The translations under genes and the position numbers were made by a program. The notes beneath the pieces were generated by a model. That model searched no databases. It had not been told where the DNA came from and saw nothing but the letters and a program-made list of their open reading frames with translations. A stretch of 64,000 nucleotides of DNA from Octopus sinensis (lineage: Eukaryota), in NCBI RefSeq assembly GCF_006345805.1, contig NC_043001.1, positions 101,928,001 through 101,992,000 on the forward strand. Reading direction: 5' to 3'. Every line of letters begins with the position of its first letter. The first letter of the stretch is position 1. This document shows, piece by piece, positions 26,621-40,043 of the stretch.

Positions 26621-27493
26621 ACACTCTGTGTCACACTAAATCTCCTTCAGAACTATGTTACGGGTACACCTGTCTGTGGAGTACTCAGCCACTTGTATGT
26701 TAATTTTACAAGCAGGCTATTCCATTGATCAGAGCAACTGGAACCCTCATCGTTGTAATTGATGGAGCACCACTCTTTACTAACTGTAAGTGTGGTATGA
26801 TGTCGAAAGCTTTATGATAATCCGTTAATCTTTAAGAACTATTTTTTCCTTGATATCTTCAATAATAACTTGGTTTAGTAACTAATATTTGTTCCAACCA
26901 TTCTTCGTTTTCTAACACCCCACTTACTCCTCCGATAAGATGCTATCACTTTCCAGACAAACGGTCACCAGGTTGGAACATATTGTTGCCAAGGTTTCAT
27001 ATATTGTTAGCAAAGTAATTAACTTCTACTTTAATTTCAGATTTAATTTTAATTTTCTTTTGTATAATTTCTATCTACAGACAATTGTTCCAGGCTAGAA
27101 ATCCTTCATCCGTGTGTTTATAATACTTTTGTTGAGACCAAAGAAGTATTAGTGTAAAAAAAAAACATAAAATAATAATAGAAATAATAACAATCATGAA
27201 AATTTTTGCTGAGAACAACTAATTCAACGAGATGCAGTAAATCTTGGAATTTGGTTAAAACTCACAAAAGCAAAACAGCAAAACTATAGCGACAGAAGCA
27301 AGAGAGGAATATTTAAGCCGTCTTCAGCTTACTTCTATCTGCCACCGTTTTCTTCACCCTCTTTCTCATTATTTATTTCTCTTTTAATAATCTCTTTCTC
27401 TCCTTCTCACCATCTCTCCCTCTCTCTCTCTCACTACCACTTACTTTTTCCTACCACAGTTGAAGAAGCAAGACATGATTTAAAAGGAAACTA

Positions 27494-27671
27494 ATAGCAA
27501 CAACAACAACAACAACAACAGCAAATAGAATACAATATGAATTCTTGGAGTTTTAGTTTTAGTATAAAAAGAATCATTTCAAAAATTCTATTGGAACAAA
27601 AGAATGGTAGGTTACTGTCAATATTTTGTTTTGCAGTGATTATATTGATGTTAATTACCACCACCACCACC

Positions 27672-27724
<53 letters not shown>

Positions 27725-27795
27725 CACCGCCACTACTACTACTACCACTACCACTGGTACTACTGCTGCTGCTGCTGCTGCTGCTACTACTACTA
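27494..27795. repeat. Trinucleotide runs (AAC, CAC, TAC, TGC)
   Basis: Directly visible. Confidence 0.95.
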
Positions 27796-27937
27796 CTTAT
27801 ACAAATGTCTTCTTATTTCAATTCTTTTCATAATCCTTTATTCCATTTTTTCTCTTCCACAGGAAATCAGAGACAAGATGCAGCTTTTGTGTTTCGAAGA
27901 ACATTATATGTCATATTATATCATTATATTTGTGTGT

Positions 27938-27995
<58 letters not shown>

Positions 27996-29736
27996 TGTAT
28001 GTATATATATATGTGTGTGTGTGTATGTGAGAGACAAAGTAAAAGTGTATGCATAGGTATTTGTATGTGTATATGTGTATATATGTATACACACACATAT
28101 GAGACTTTTTCGTGTGATAAACACACATATATGTCTATGTAAAACATTCATTATCTTATTCCAAAAAAACACAAACATCGTTATTCTCCTGTGATTACCA
28201 TTACTTTTGCTTTTTTATTTCCAAATTATTTAACCTTCCAGAGACAATTTCAGTGACCTTATATTTAAAGAGGTCAAATTGCTTTTAGTTGAAATGACAT
28301 AAGTATGTTAAATATTGTGAATGTGTAAAATGAAATGTAGATTTAATTCGCACCTCCCCATCTTCTTCATTTTTCTTCTTCCTTATGTATCTCCTCATGT
28401 GAACATTTTAATTTATTGTATATACATACATACATACATACATACACACACACACACGCATGCATGCACACATGCGCACGCACATATATTTATGTATGTA
28501 TGTATGTGTGTGTGTGTGTATATAGTGAAGAGAGAAACCAAAAGAAAGAGAAAATATATTTATGTAATATGTATAATGTACATATGCACGTGTTTGTGTG
28601 TATGTGTGTGTGTATAGACACATATATATGTATACACATGTATATGTATGTACACATGTTCATATGTATATTTGTACGTATGTATGTATGTATGTACACA
28701 TGTTCATATGTATATTTGTATGTATGTACATATATATGTATGTATATATGTAAATATATATGTATATATATATATATGTGTGTGTGTGGTGTGTGTGTGT
28801 GTGTATGTATGTGTGTGTATGTATGTATGTTCACATGTACATATGTATATTAGTATGTATGCACATGTATATGTATGTACATATGTATGTGTGTATGTAT
28901 GTATGTATGTATGTGTATATGTACGTGTGTGTGTATGTGTGTATGTATGTATGTATGTATGTATGTATGTATGTATGCGTGTGTGTATGTATGTATGTGT
29001 GTGTGTATGTAAACATTATTTTCCATTCTGCTGGAGACTGCTGCTGCTGCTCCATATAATTTCATATGTATTTCTCTTATTTCAATTTTTAAATTGATAA
29101 AATTAATTCTAGGAAAACAGTATTCATTTAATCTTGTTTTTCCACTCATATTCTCGAGGATAAATTCAATGCAAATTGTTAAACAGTAGAATGAACAAAC
29201 GAACGAACCCCCTCTGCATATGTCATTTGCATTTCATGGATTTACATTTAATAAATTCATAAATGGAAAGATTTCTTTCTAAACTTTCCAAACTTGAAGT
29301 TGTTTGAGTGTGAAAATTCTTCTGTACCAAGCATCTGAAGCCATTTGTACCTAACATTGGAATTCATTGGCATGGCTGCTTAAAGTATATCTGAGGCCCC
29401 TAACCAAAGCACTGTATGCTCTAAACCCTTCAATGCTCTCACTTGAACACATTAAAACTAAGTTTCCCAATTAGGAAAGCTACGGTATTTCATTAGGAAA
29501 AATTGATTTATAATTAGTGAACGGTTCAGTTAGTGAGGATACTGATTTTGAATTTACATAAAGGAATGATTCAGTTCCTGCTGTCTCCTTTGGTTGCCAA
29601 GGGGATTCTTTGAAAGTCTAAATCTAGAAAATAAAGGCTCCTTAATCCCACTGGTGATAATCCTGCACAGAAATGTTCAGTGTATGATTTTGCTCTGTAT
29701 ATAGTGGAAACGTGTATATGTGTACACATACGTGCA

Positions 29737-29895
29737 GGAGTGGCTGTGTGGTAAGAAGCTTGCTTCCCAACCACATGGTCCTGGGTTCAGTCCCACTCTG
29801 TGGAATTTGGACAATTAGCTTCTGCTATAGCCTTGGGCCAACCAAAGCGCCTTGTGAATAGAATTGGTAGATGGAAACTGAAGGAAGCCTGTTAT
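29737..29895 (+). mobile_element. SINE family B
   Basis: GGAGTGGCTGTGTGGTAAGAAGCTTGCTTCCCAACCACATGG...GGGTTCAGTCCCAC. Confidence 0.85.
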
Positions 29896-29896
29896 A

Positions 29897-29945
<49 letters not shown>

Positions 29946-29950
<5 letters not shown>

Positions 29951-30132
29951 ATCCAAACATGAACAAAGAGAAAACACAACAACGTGAGGACGTGGAACAA
30001 GTATATTGTTATTGGACGCTCAGGAAAGGAGAGAAAGAGGGAGGATTCAATGTTTTGAGCGGAGCTCTTCGTCAGAAATATAGAAAAAAGGAAAGGTCCA
30101 AAGAAGGGAAGACGGAGAAGGAAAATTGCCAA

Positions 30133-30133
<1 letters not shown>
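29946..30133 (-). mobile_element. Penelope-like pLTR fragment, family P2, with hammerhead core
   Basis: Minus strand reads CTGACGA-A-GAGC-TCC-GCTC-AAAAC at 30052-30075. (TA)n on both sides. Homologous to 19545-19730. Confidence 0.5.
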
Positions 30134-30172
<39 letters not shown>

Positions 30173-30302
30173 TCAGATATGACAGAAGTAAATAGACAGC
30201 CCATAAAACATTGTTTTATGTTTATTTTAACATGAAATGGTTCATATTTTTTTTATTAATGGACATTTTTAGGTTTCAGATTCTATATCTGACTTTTCAA
30301 TT

Positions 30303-30955
30303 ATGCCACGTACAAAAGAAGCCTTGGAACTGTCCAAATTTCGAAGCAGCCATATTGTGGATTAATATGGAGGTGGACTTAGCGTAAAATTGCAGAAAAC
30401 CTTGGGAGACCACTTTCTACAGTTAATGGGGTGATGATTGTGCAATTCACTGGAGAGGGGAAGAAGTCCACATCATCATGCCCAGGTCAACCAGGGCCCT
30501 CTGACAGGACCCTTTGCTTTGTTAAGTTAAGGGTGGAGGATAATCCTCATTGCAAGGCCTCTGACATAGCAGAATAAGTTAGTGTCAGTCCCAGAACAGC
30601 TGTCAGGTATCTCCACAAACTTGGCTACAATGGCAGAGTAGCAAGAAGGAAGTCACTTCTTCAACCAGCCAATATGAAGTGAGGCAAAGATTGGGCCAGT
30701 GAGATGATGGAGTGACCGCTAGCATTTTGGGACACTATCATATTCTCTGATGGGTCCAGTGGTTGAGTGTGGGCCTGGAGACTCTGTGATCAAGAATTCG
30801 ACATGAAAAGATTGCTGCCAACAATGAAATATCATGGCTATTCTGTGATGGTCTGGGGAGCAATTTTGAGTAGTGGTCAATCAGAGCTGGTGGAGTGTGA
30901 AGGAAATATAAGCTCAGATAAATACGTGTCCATATTGCAGAAAGGACTCCACTGA
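30303..30955 (+). mobile_element. Tc1-like transposase pseudogene
   Basis: MPRTKE...[13 protein letters not shown] (HTH)...VSPRTAVRYLHKLGY...FWDTIIFSDG...PTMKYHGYSVMVWGAI...YVSILQKGL, with stops, frameshifts and deletions. Confidence 0.85.
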
Positions 30956-31204
30956 TATGGCATCTTTCAGCTTTTGCTAACAAAGAATGGAGCAGGAAAG
31001 AATGATGAAAGCAAGGGAATGGCAATGAAAAGAATTGCCATCAATACATGATGGTTGGCAGCATGCACTGTTCCAACAAAATTGTGAGAAAACTTTTTAG
31101 TTTACAAAAATAGCTTTGCTGCATTTTCTTCAATCCTTTGCTGAAAATCATTTTTATAAGCAGTCATAGATGCATCATTGTCAAAGTATTTTCTTTCTGA
31201 TAAG

Positions 31205-31594
31205 TTGTGATACCCATGCCAGCGGCACATAAAAAGTACCATCCGAATGTGGCCGATGCTAGTGCAGCTTTGACTGGCTTCTGTGCTGGTGGCACATAAA
31301 AAGCACCAACTGATCGTGACTGCTGCCACCTCCCCTGGCACCTGTGCCGGTGGCACGTAAAAAGCACCATCCGAATGTGGCCGATGCCAGCCTCCCCTGG
31401 CACCTGTGCTGGTAGCACGTAAAAAGCACCCACTACACTCACAGAGTGGTTGGCGTTAGGAAGGGCATCCAGGTGCAGAAACACTGCCAGATCAGACTGG
31501 AGCCTGGTGCAGCCGCCTGGCTTCCCAGACCCCAGTCAAACCGTCCAACCCATGCTAGCATGGAAAACGGATGTTAAACGATGATGATGATGAA
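31205..31594 (-). mobile_element. SINE-like repeat (family C) with ~62 bp internal tandem units
   Basis: CCTCCCCTGGCACCTGTG(C)..GGCACGTAAAAAGCACC repeated. Head homologous to 4920-4970 and 5524. Confidence 0.75.
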
Positions 31595-32656
31595 GTTGAT
31601 CTAAAGTTGTCTGCAGGTTTTCAGCAGTTTTTTTTATTTAAGTGGATAAATCTCAGAAAAGACTCTTTTATAAAAATTGTTTTCTTCTTCAAATCAATAT
31701 CATCATAACAAACCATTCCAGATGTGATTTGCTTGTGTTTTGCTTCATCTTGAATAAAGCCAACCATGAGGCCAAGGTTATTTAGCCTTATCATCGAATG
31801 CCATTCAGCAATTTGTGACAAACAGTCGAATCCATCAGTTGAATTTATTCCTTTTTCTCTTATGCAGAGAAATATGATATTCTTGCCACTTTCTTATCCA
31901 CAAAATGGAGATGTGCTTCCATGACAAGATTAAACTTTTGCCAACAATTTTCTTAACCCCAACCAAAATTCCCAGAATTGTTTTCCGCTTCCTGTTCTTA
32001 GAATTTCTCATCATCATGCAATGCAATTTTTTTTTTTTTTTTTTTTGCTAAACTTTTATGCAATTGAGAATTCTGCAGAGAATATTTTTACCATTTTTGT
32101 TTTTGCTGATGTAATTTAAGCTTGAAGCTTTATGTCAATTGATTTCTCTCTTTTTGAAAAGATTTCTATAACTCTTTGACCCACTGGGCCTTTCCTATTT
32201 GGAAAAAAATGCTTAGAATTCAAGATAAACATTTTTGCCCCCATGGCACCTGATAAAATGAAATTTTTTTCAAAAAATATTTCCTAAAACCCCAAGAAAC
32301 CTAAATCAAGATACTGAATCGCACCTGGTTTAGGTTGGGCTGGAATTCCATATTCAAAGTTTTACCATTTTCTGTTTATAGAAGATACTCCTGCTTCTTG
32401 AAAGACAATTCTGTTCTCCATATGATGCACCAACGAGGTGGTCTACACTTATCTTTTGAAGCATATTAAACTAACGAAAGACTATCTTGCTCAACAAATG
32501 GCATCATAGAACCATTTCATTTCTTTTGATCCCATTTTTAGCATTTTTATTTCCTTCCTTCTTTTCCCATTTGTTTCTATTTTCACTCTCAGCAATGTTG
32601 TGAGCATTCTCTAAAGAAAGAATCTCTCTCTCTCACACACACACACACACTTACAT

Positions 32657-33152
32657 GTTAGTTAGTTAGTTAGTTAATTTGGCTCAAAAGCAAATAGCAA
32701 GGCCATGTAGGGGGACATGGAGTTAAGTACAGAGTGGTGTTCATGTAAAGAGTTCAGGCCACTTGAGGTCCAGGGAGGCTTTGAACAAAGCGGTCGTCGG
32801 CATCTTTACCATCTCGTCTGGCAGCTTGTTCCACGGATCCGCAACCCGGGCGGAGAAAGCTCCTCTCCTTCGATTGAGATGAAATCGTCGCAGGTAGAGC
32901 TTTTCGGAATGACCCAGCAGCCGACGCTCTGGAGCAGGAGTGAAGAACAGCTCTTTCGAGAGGTTACACTTTCCGCTTATGATGTTGTGGGCGAGAATGA
33001 GATCACCACGGCGGCGGCGTTTTTCAAGAGAATAAAGGTCGAGCGTCCTCAGCCTTTCTTCATAGGACAAATTTTTGAGACCATGAACCATGCGGGTAGC
33101 CAGCTTCTGGACTCTTTCGAGATGCTGTATGTCTTTGAGGAGATAAGGAGAG
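32657..33152 (-). mobile_element. CR1-clade LINE 3' end, 5'-truncated, with (AACT)n tail
   Basis: SPYLLKDIQHLERVQKLATRMVHGLKNLSYEERLRTLDLYSLEKRRRRGDLI...WNKLP* is open to the stop at 32741; (TTAG)n at 32657-32677. Confidence 0.9.
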
Positions 33153-33867
33153 TGTGTGTATGAGAGCATGTGTGTGTCTGTATGTATGAATGTATGTATA
33201 TGTGCATATACATGTGTGCATATATACATGTGTGCATGTATGTATGTAAGTATGCATGTACGTATGACTAAGATCACAACACTACCCCGCCCCCACTCCC
33301 TGAACGGCATGCCAGTCCACTGCAGGTTGGACCACTTTACAGCTGAGGGGACTGGGGAAAGGTGAAATGAAGTGTTTTGCTCAAGAATGCAATGCACCAC
33401 TCAGTCTGTGAACTGAAACCATGATCCTGTCATTGTTAGTGCAACACTTTAATCTCTAGCCCACACACCTCCCCATGTACACACACACAACACAACACAA
33501 CACAACACAACACAACACAACACAACACAACACAACACATACATACATACATACATATATATGCATGTATGTTTGTATGTATGTATACTTACTCTAATTA
33601 AATATTTAAATATTAACTATCTTAAATATTTTAGATATTTTAAGAATTCTAAATGACTTAAGGTACTTCATCCTGCCTTGGTTTTTGTTATCCTTTTCCC
33701 TCCAATATATCCCTCCTGCTGACTTGGAAGCCTACTACAGATCCCAAGCTCCAGCCTTAACTGTGAACTCAGAACATAACAGATGACTAATTATAGCACT
33801 TACACAGCATACCTATTCCTCTAGATCATCAGTGAACTAAACCCCTCATATTCTTTGTTCATATATA

Positions 33868-33912
<45 letters not shown>

Positions 33913-33929
33913 TAGATAGATAGATATAA

Positions 33930-34258
33930 CGTGAAAGATTTTCTCACTTTCCTGAGCATCAAACTAGTACACCTGCTTGTTGTTTATACACCTGTCTTCA
34001 TCTTTTGTTTTTCTGTAAACTTCAACTGTATATATTTCGTTTTGGGATTTGGTTTGCAAGATTCTTTATTTGAGTTCGTGTGTTGAAGCCTATTCTGTTG
34101 TGTCTGGGGAGAGTCATTTTCTTGTTGTGCTTTATAATTTAACACACTCACCGGTAAAATTTCCACTTATTATTTTTATCTTCCTAAAATTTTCGTCGCG
34201 TCTTGCAAACTTTTCAATAGTCAAGACTATTGAAAAGGTTGCAAGACGCGACGAAAAT
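33930..34258. mobile_element. Probable Penelope-like fragment (P4) ending in a snap-back hairpin
   Basis: 34-bp arms at 34189-34222 and 34225-34258 (1 mismatch, 2-nt loop). Left end abuts (TA)n/(GATA)n. Family assignment is inferred from the architecture. Confidence 0.45.
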
Positions 34259-34589
34259 CCATAGACATACCCACATACATCCAACTAAATTGTTTCAACA
34301 ACCCCCCCACACACACACTTTTCTCTCCCCCACTCACCCTAATACCTTTAATTCCTCCCTCTCCTACACCCCTTGCTCTCTCCACTGCTAAATACTATTT
34401 CTGACATTCGATGCATCCTTCTGTTTTCTACAATCTCCAGCATCACTTTGCATTCCTATTTCGATTATGTCAGGATATCCCACTGTTACCATTCCTTTAT
34501 CTTAATTTTAATCGTTGCTGTGATTGTGGGATTCGGAATCGATGTAGCACAATATGAAGAAAGGTGCACAGACACTCGTATTTCCTTAA

Positions 34590-34812
34590 CCCATCAAGTC
34601 CCACTGTCCTAGAAATAGGACACTAAATGAGAACATTGAATAAGCTATATCACATTGTCTCAGTGTCCTATTTATACGACACACAATATTTCCATTTCTA
34701 CTTGAAGGAAAGGAGTTTTAACAATTATTTTTTTCATTTTAACATATTTTCAATCATCTGTAAAAATTTAAAAGTAATATTCAGAAATTTAAGTCCTCTG
34801 GGACTTAATGGG
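34590..34812. mobile_element. piggyBac-type MITE
   Basis: TTAA-CCCATCAAGTCCCA ... TGGGACTTAATGGG-TTAA: 14-bp TIR with 1 mismatch and TTAA TSD. Confidence 0.8.
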
Positions 34813-35031
34813 TTAATATGGAAAGGATTTAAAGGACCATAACAATAAGTGAAAATTACCAAAAAGGTACGAAGAATGTTAAGACTGAAGAAAAAGAACT
34901 GATGGACGTTTATCTGTTTCAAACAACGATACTGATTTGAATCAGAAATACAAAACTTAAGGTTCACGAGCTGACCGCAACTCTAATTTTGCAATCACAT
35001 GTAAATCGCGAGTTTGTCATGCGTGCAGGCC

Positions 35032-35105
35032 CCAATTTCAGCCAATCAAAACTCATTTTTCATGTGATAAGTTCCAGAAAGTTCTTTCAGCGACGTGCTT
35101 ATAAA
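35032..35105 (+). promoter_or_regulatory. Candidate Pol II core promoter
   Basis: AGCCAATCA (NF-Y box, 35040-35048), a second CCAAT at 35032, and TATAAA at 35100-35105, within a locally CpG-rich non-repeat stretch. Confidence 0.3.
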
Positions 35106-36276
35106 CAGAGCCTTTTGGCATGGGGAGCCAGAGGGGATTGGGACCCCGTTTCGTTACGGTCCCCTATGAATTCATCTCTCGTAGCTGTTTTCACAGCTTC
35201 ACACTCAAATCCGTGGTTTTCTTCATAACTGTTTTTCCCAGCTCTAGAGCAACTCGTAGATGGATTAAGAAATCAATGCAGCTAAACGTTTTTGCAGCGA
35301 TATGAAAGGTCGACTTCATCATTAATTATTTGTGTAAGCTTTCGACACCTCTGAAATACGATGTTCATATAAGATTGACGTTGTCTGTATTCTCATGAAA
35401 CCTTGTAAAAAAAAGATGTAGAATAAATGTTTTATATAAACTAACACCTGTAGTCTTTCTCATAACCAAACACTACAGGTAAATATTTAAAATAATGCAA
35501 TTCTTTTGCAAAGGTTTTCTCATCCACTAAGAATTAGGGGTGAAGCGAAATGTTGATTATCGTCACCTTTTCTTTTACATGACCTTTTTTTAGAGATCTT
35601 TGTTAGTAGGGCACCCTCAGAATGGAGGCTTACCCTTTTCCGGTGGAAAAGAAAAGAAAAAAATATTCTTATTTTTATTTTTTCATGTTGAACTACTTAA
35701 TTTCAGATGGAATAAAATTAATGTTATTTCCCCGTTATGTCAGTTTCAAATGAATCCAATCAAATGTAAAAGAAGCTGTGCTGGGCCCCCGGGAGGTGGT
35801 AGAAAGCAACATTTAATACGTACAGCTATCAGGTAAATAATTAGTCATGAATTCATCCCATGCTAACTAAAGCATTTAACTATTTCTCTGACTCCAACCT
35901 ATTACGCAACACATATCAAACCAGGCTGCATCTCCAAGCCATTCCCCATCATACCGTACCACACGTGCAGAGCATAAAAACAAGGAAAGCTGAGAGTCTT
36001 TCTAAACTTTTATCTTCCTTTACTAATGGCTTTGCTTATATCAAGGTTTGTTTTATGACTTCAGTTACATTAGCAAATGTTATGTTGCTCAGGTTAGTAC
36101 GAAATCTCTGATGAAAAGGAAATGACTGGTAAGCGATAGCTGTATGGATATGTAAGCACATGCATGTGGGGAGGAGGCGTGTGGCTTAGTGGGTAGAACA
36201 TTCAGTTTGCAGTCATACGGTCGTGAGTTTGATTCCTGGCGGCGTGTCTCTTCCTTGGACAAGACACCTTATCTCA

Positions 36277-36470
36277 TGGACCAAAGATTATTTCCCAGCA
36301 TAACATGGCAGTCCTGGTTTAGGACGAATGTTGCTGTAATTTAACCCCAGGAGACATTACAGCAACATTCGTCCTAAACCTGGACTGCCATGTTATGTTG
36401 GCAAACAATCTTTACTCCAAAGTCCTGTTGCTGAATATCTCTCGTTGTGAGATTTAGAAATTGTAATTTC
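36277..36470. mobile_element. Foldback element family P3, short internally deleted copy
   Basis: Inverted arms span 36277-36419, followed by the extension AAGT(C/A)CTGTTGCTGAATATCTCTCGTTGTGAGATTT shared with 38758 and (inverted) 50041. Confidence 0.7.
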
Positions 36471-36592
36471 CACTTTATTTCACCTTGCTTCACTGCACAC
36501 GAGCTGTACCAGTAATTCAAATGGGGTTAGCCTTGTCACATTCTGTGTCATGCAGCATCTCCTTGAGAACTATGTTAAGGATACGTGTGTCT

Positions 36593-36834
36593 ATTGAAGG
36601 CAGCAAGCTGGCAGAAACGTTAGCACGCCGGGTGAAATGCTTAGCGGTATTTCATCTGCCGTTACGTTCTGAGTTCAAATTCCGTCGAGGTCGACTTTGC
36701 CTTTCATCCTTTCGGGGTCGATAAATTGAGTACCAGTTACGCACTGGGGTCGATGTAATCGACTTAATCCGTTTGCTTGTCTTTGTTTGTCCCCCCCCCT
36801 GTGTTTAGCCCCTTGTGGGTAGTAAATAAATAGG
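36593..36834 (+). mobile_element. SINE family A with 11-bp TSD
   Basis: TACGTGTGTCT at 36582-36592 and 36835-36845; interrupts another repeat (homologous to 26640-26770 and 55660-55780). Confidence 0.9.
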
Positions 36835-38445
36835 TACGTGTGTCTGTGGAGCATTCAGCCACTTGCACATTAATTTTACAAGCAGGCTGTTCTGTTCATT
36901 GGATCAACTGGAACCATCATCGATGTAACCAATGGAGCATTAATTAACATACATTCGCGGCCAAAATGTCTGTGGTAGGTTTTATGAACAGGAAAATGTG
37001 GCGGATAAAATAATACGAATGACAGACTGAATAAGAAAGAAAAATAAAAGCTAACACAAAACTACGATATCTGTTCTTCTCTTACTTGTATTCACACCTT
37101 GTGGGGTGACTGGTTATGTTACAACCTATCTACCACATCAGATGTGCTTATCTGCCACATCAGGTGTGGCAGATAAACTAATTTATTGCTGTTTTCAATG
37201 TAATATTAATAAAAGGAAGAGAAGAAACAGGAGAACGAAGAGGAAGAAGACGAAAGAAAAAATTTAAAGTAATTCTTTCTTCTTCTGCTAATCTTCTAGT
37301 TCTGGCTACTACAGTGTGAACGTGATTAATATTTGTACTTGCAGACATAGAAAAACACAGAGAAGCAAATATGAACTTATGTAAGACTTTCTTGCACAAA
37401 AACACACACACACAATAGATTTGACCTTGGTGCTAGTTTCTATCTCTTTCTATTATATAGACATCACCATCAACCACTGCATTCCAATGTCCACTGTTTA
37501 ATACTAGTGAGAGTTAGATGTGTATGTCATCCATCGTATCAGTTCTCTTGCTCAAGGACTGGTGTAATTAGATTTTACTTCCTGCTACATGCAGCGGGAA
37601 TGTTCAACAGTCAGGTCACTAAATCAGATGTCGCGGTTCGTTAGAATATTTACCCACATGACCAACGAAATCTGACCAATCACGACTTCGCCTAGAACTG
37701 GTTCCAGCAACAATACCATCTTTTCGTGCTTTTCTCTCTGAGCCTATCCATCAGTATATATTCCGTACATCTTAGCTACCTGACAAAGAGCACTGACAGG
37801 TGCCATACGAGAAATGGCCAACAACGACGACGGCAGACAACACAAAAAACATTACAAGCAGTTTAGCACACTAACTCCTGCTACAACAACACCAAGAACA
37901 ACAGCAACAACAACGGAAACTCTCTCGACACATTGTCGTTTGTAGTAACGATAATATTAGCTTTTTGTTTACAGGAACAATAAAAATTGTGTTTGTCAAA
38001 AGCCTCACCCTTCTCCTGTGTTCCTCGTACAACTGGTGGTCCCGACGCAAGAAATAGAGCACGTGTAACGCACTCACCATTGTCTCATGGCTCCATCGAT
38101 GCTCCTACGTACGTCGGTTGATGTTTGTGGCACCCACTCACTCCTATCAAACAGCTTGTACTCCATCTTTTTGATGACTACAAATCCAATGGACCGTGCA
38201 TGCCACATGTTATTCCAGGCTCAACACACAAGCATACGCATGTAGATTTAAGAGAAACAATGAATGCTGGCTATTAGCAAAGTGATAGATTTCTTTTGAG
38301 TCAATGATGTAGAAATCAATTCAACGTACATGTAAATTGTTTAGCTCCGAAGTCAACCTAAGTTCAGCTCATTCCAGATTAGGACGTTTCAGCGGTGATG
38401 AACCCATCTTATTTACAGACTTATCTTGGATTACAATATTCAATG

Positions 38446-38810
38446 TGTAGTAAAGATTGTTTGCCAACATAACATGGCAGTCCCGGTTTAGGACGAATGT
38501 TGCTGTAATTTAGCCCCAGCAGACATCGTCTCCAGCTGACTAAAGGACATGATCTGTGCTCTTATATTTTCGAACTAAGGAGAAACAGATATTGTTTTGA
38601 GCTGAGCGGAAGGTACTAGATTCCCTTGTTTGAAAATATAAGGACACATATCGTGTCGTACAGCCAGCTGGACACGATGTCTCCCGAGGCTAAATTACAG
38701 CAACATTCGTCCTAAACCAGGAATGCCATGTTATGTTGGTAAACAATCTTTACTACAAAGTACTGTTGCTGAATATCTCTCGTTGTGAGATTTACAAATA
38801 GTAATTTTCT
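38446..38810. mobile_element. Foldback element family P3, centre deleted
   Basis: About 130-bp inverted arms spanning 38446-38757, plus right-side extension. Confidence 0.75.
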
Positions 38811-38879
38811 AATATTCAATGTGTGCTTCACAATTAATAAAGTGATTGATTTCTCTTTCTACTTTTAGTAGACGTCGTC

Positions 38880-39255
38880 TTGGTTATGTTGTAAGAAGCT
38901 TGCTTCCAACCACATGGTTCCATTTTCAGTCCTACCATGTGGCTCCTTGGGCAAGTGTCCGCTACTATAGCTTCAGACCGACCAAAGTTTTGGAAGTAGA
39001 TTTGGTAGACGGAAACTGAAAGAAGACGGTCCTCTCTGTGTGTGTGGGGGTGTTTGTGTGCATGTGTGTTTGTGTCAGTGTTTGTCCTCCCCCACCGCTT
39101 GACAACCGGTGTTGGTGTGTCTACGTCCCTGCAACTTAGCAGTTCAGCAAAAAGTTTACAATAAAATAAGCACCAAGTTTAAAAAACAATAAGTACTTAG
39201 GTCAATTCATTCGACGAAAAATTCATCTGACAGAGGTGCTCCAGCATAGCCACAG
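38880..39255 (+). mobile_element. SINE family B, full-length-like
   Basis: Head homologous to 29737; tail homologous to the reverse complement of 190-345. Confidence 0.8.
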
Positions 39256-40043
39256 TCTAATGACTGAAACCAGCCAAAAAAATAAAGGGTGGGTAGGTTA
39301 ACTGCAAAGATACTAGGCGATAGCTCTTATTAATTTGTGAAGATATCCTAAGCATGAATTGCCGCGAGTAGAAAACTTCCAAGATCCCCAACACTTGAAA
39401 TCCAAGGAATTACAATAATCAAATTGAATGACAATGGTAAATGAGCAAGCTTCATTCTCGTCAAATGCTAATTAATAGAGCTGCCATTCTATTTCTCTAT
39501 TAAACTAGTCATTCAATAATTGAACTTAATTATTATTCTTATAAATAAAACTGGGGCTGAATGTATCAGGTTATTACTAATATATTGCAGACGCTGAGAT
39601 CTTATAACTTCATTAAATCAAATCCGGGTTTTTAAACAGACAAGAAACATTTTATTGTGTACAGTTTAACCTCATGCTGTTAAGCAAAACTGAAGTATAA
39701 ATATCAAGCTTACATTTATACAATCATATTAACAGTCATATTCGATAACAATACAAATCTATAATTACTAACGTACGCGTGTATCTCACCTTGACCTTCA
39801 GCAAAAATTTGAGTTCAATTCAACCCTGTTGTCTTTTTTGCAATGTGTGAATGTGTCTACTTGAATGTTATATAAAGAGAGGGAATTCTCAAGATAAAAA
39901 TATTTACCCTGATACTTTGTTAAAGAAATACTTTCATTTTGTTTATCGTGCACCGTATGTGGGGGGTCAAGGTTTGTTTTTCTGAAGAAATGTGAAGAGA
40001 CTTTAATTGCTAGAATAATTCTTTCATTATGTTTTATTTGCTC

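Noticed and set aside
31260-31440. Regularly spaced repeats resembling a CRISPR array
   Set aside because: Tandem units lack unique spacers and lie within a eukaryotic SINE-like element.
38375-38425. Minus-strand ...CTGTAAATAAGATGGG...GCTGAAACGTCC as a hammerhead
   Set aside because: The CUGANGA core is absent.
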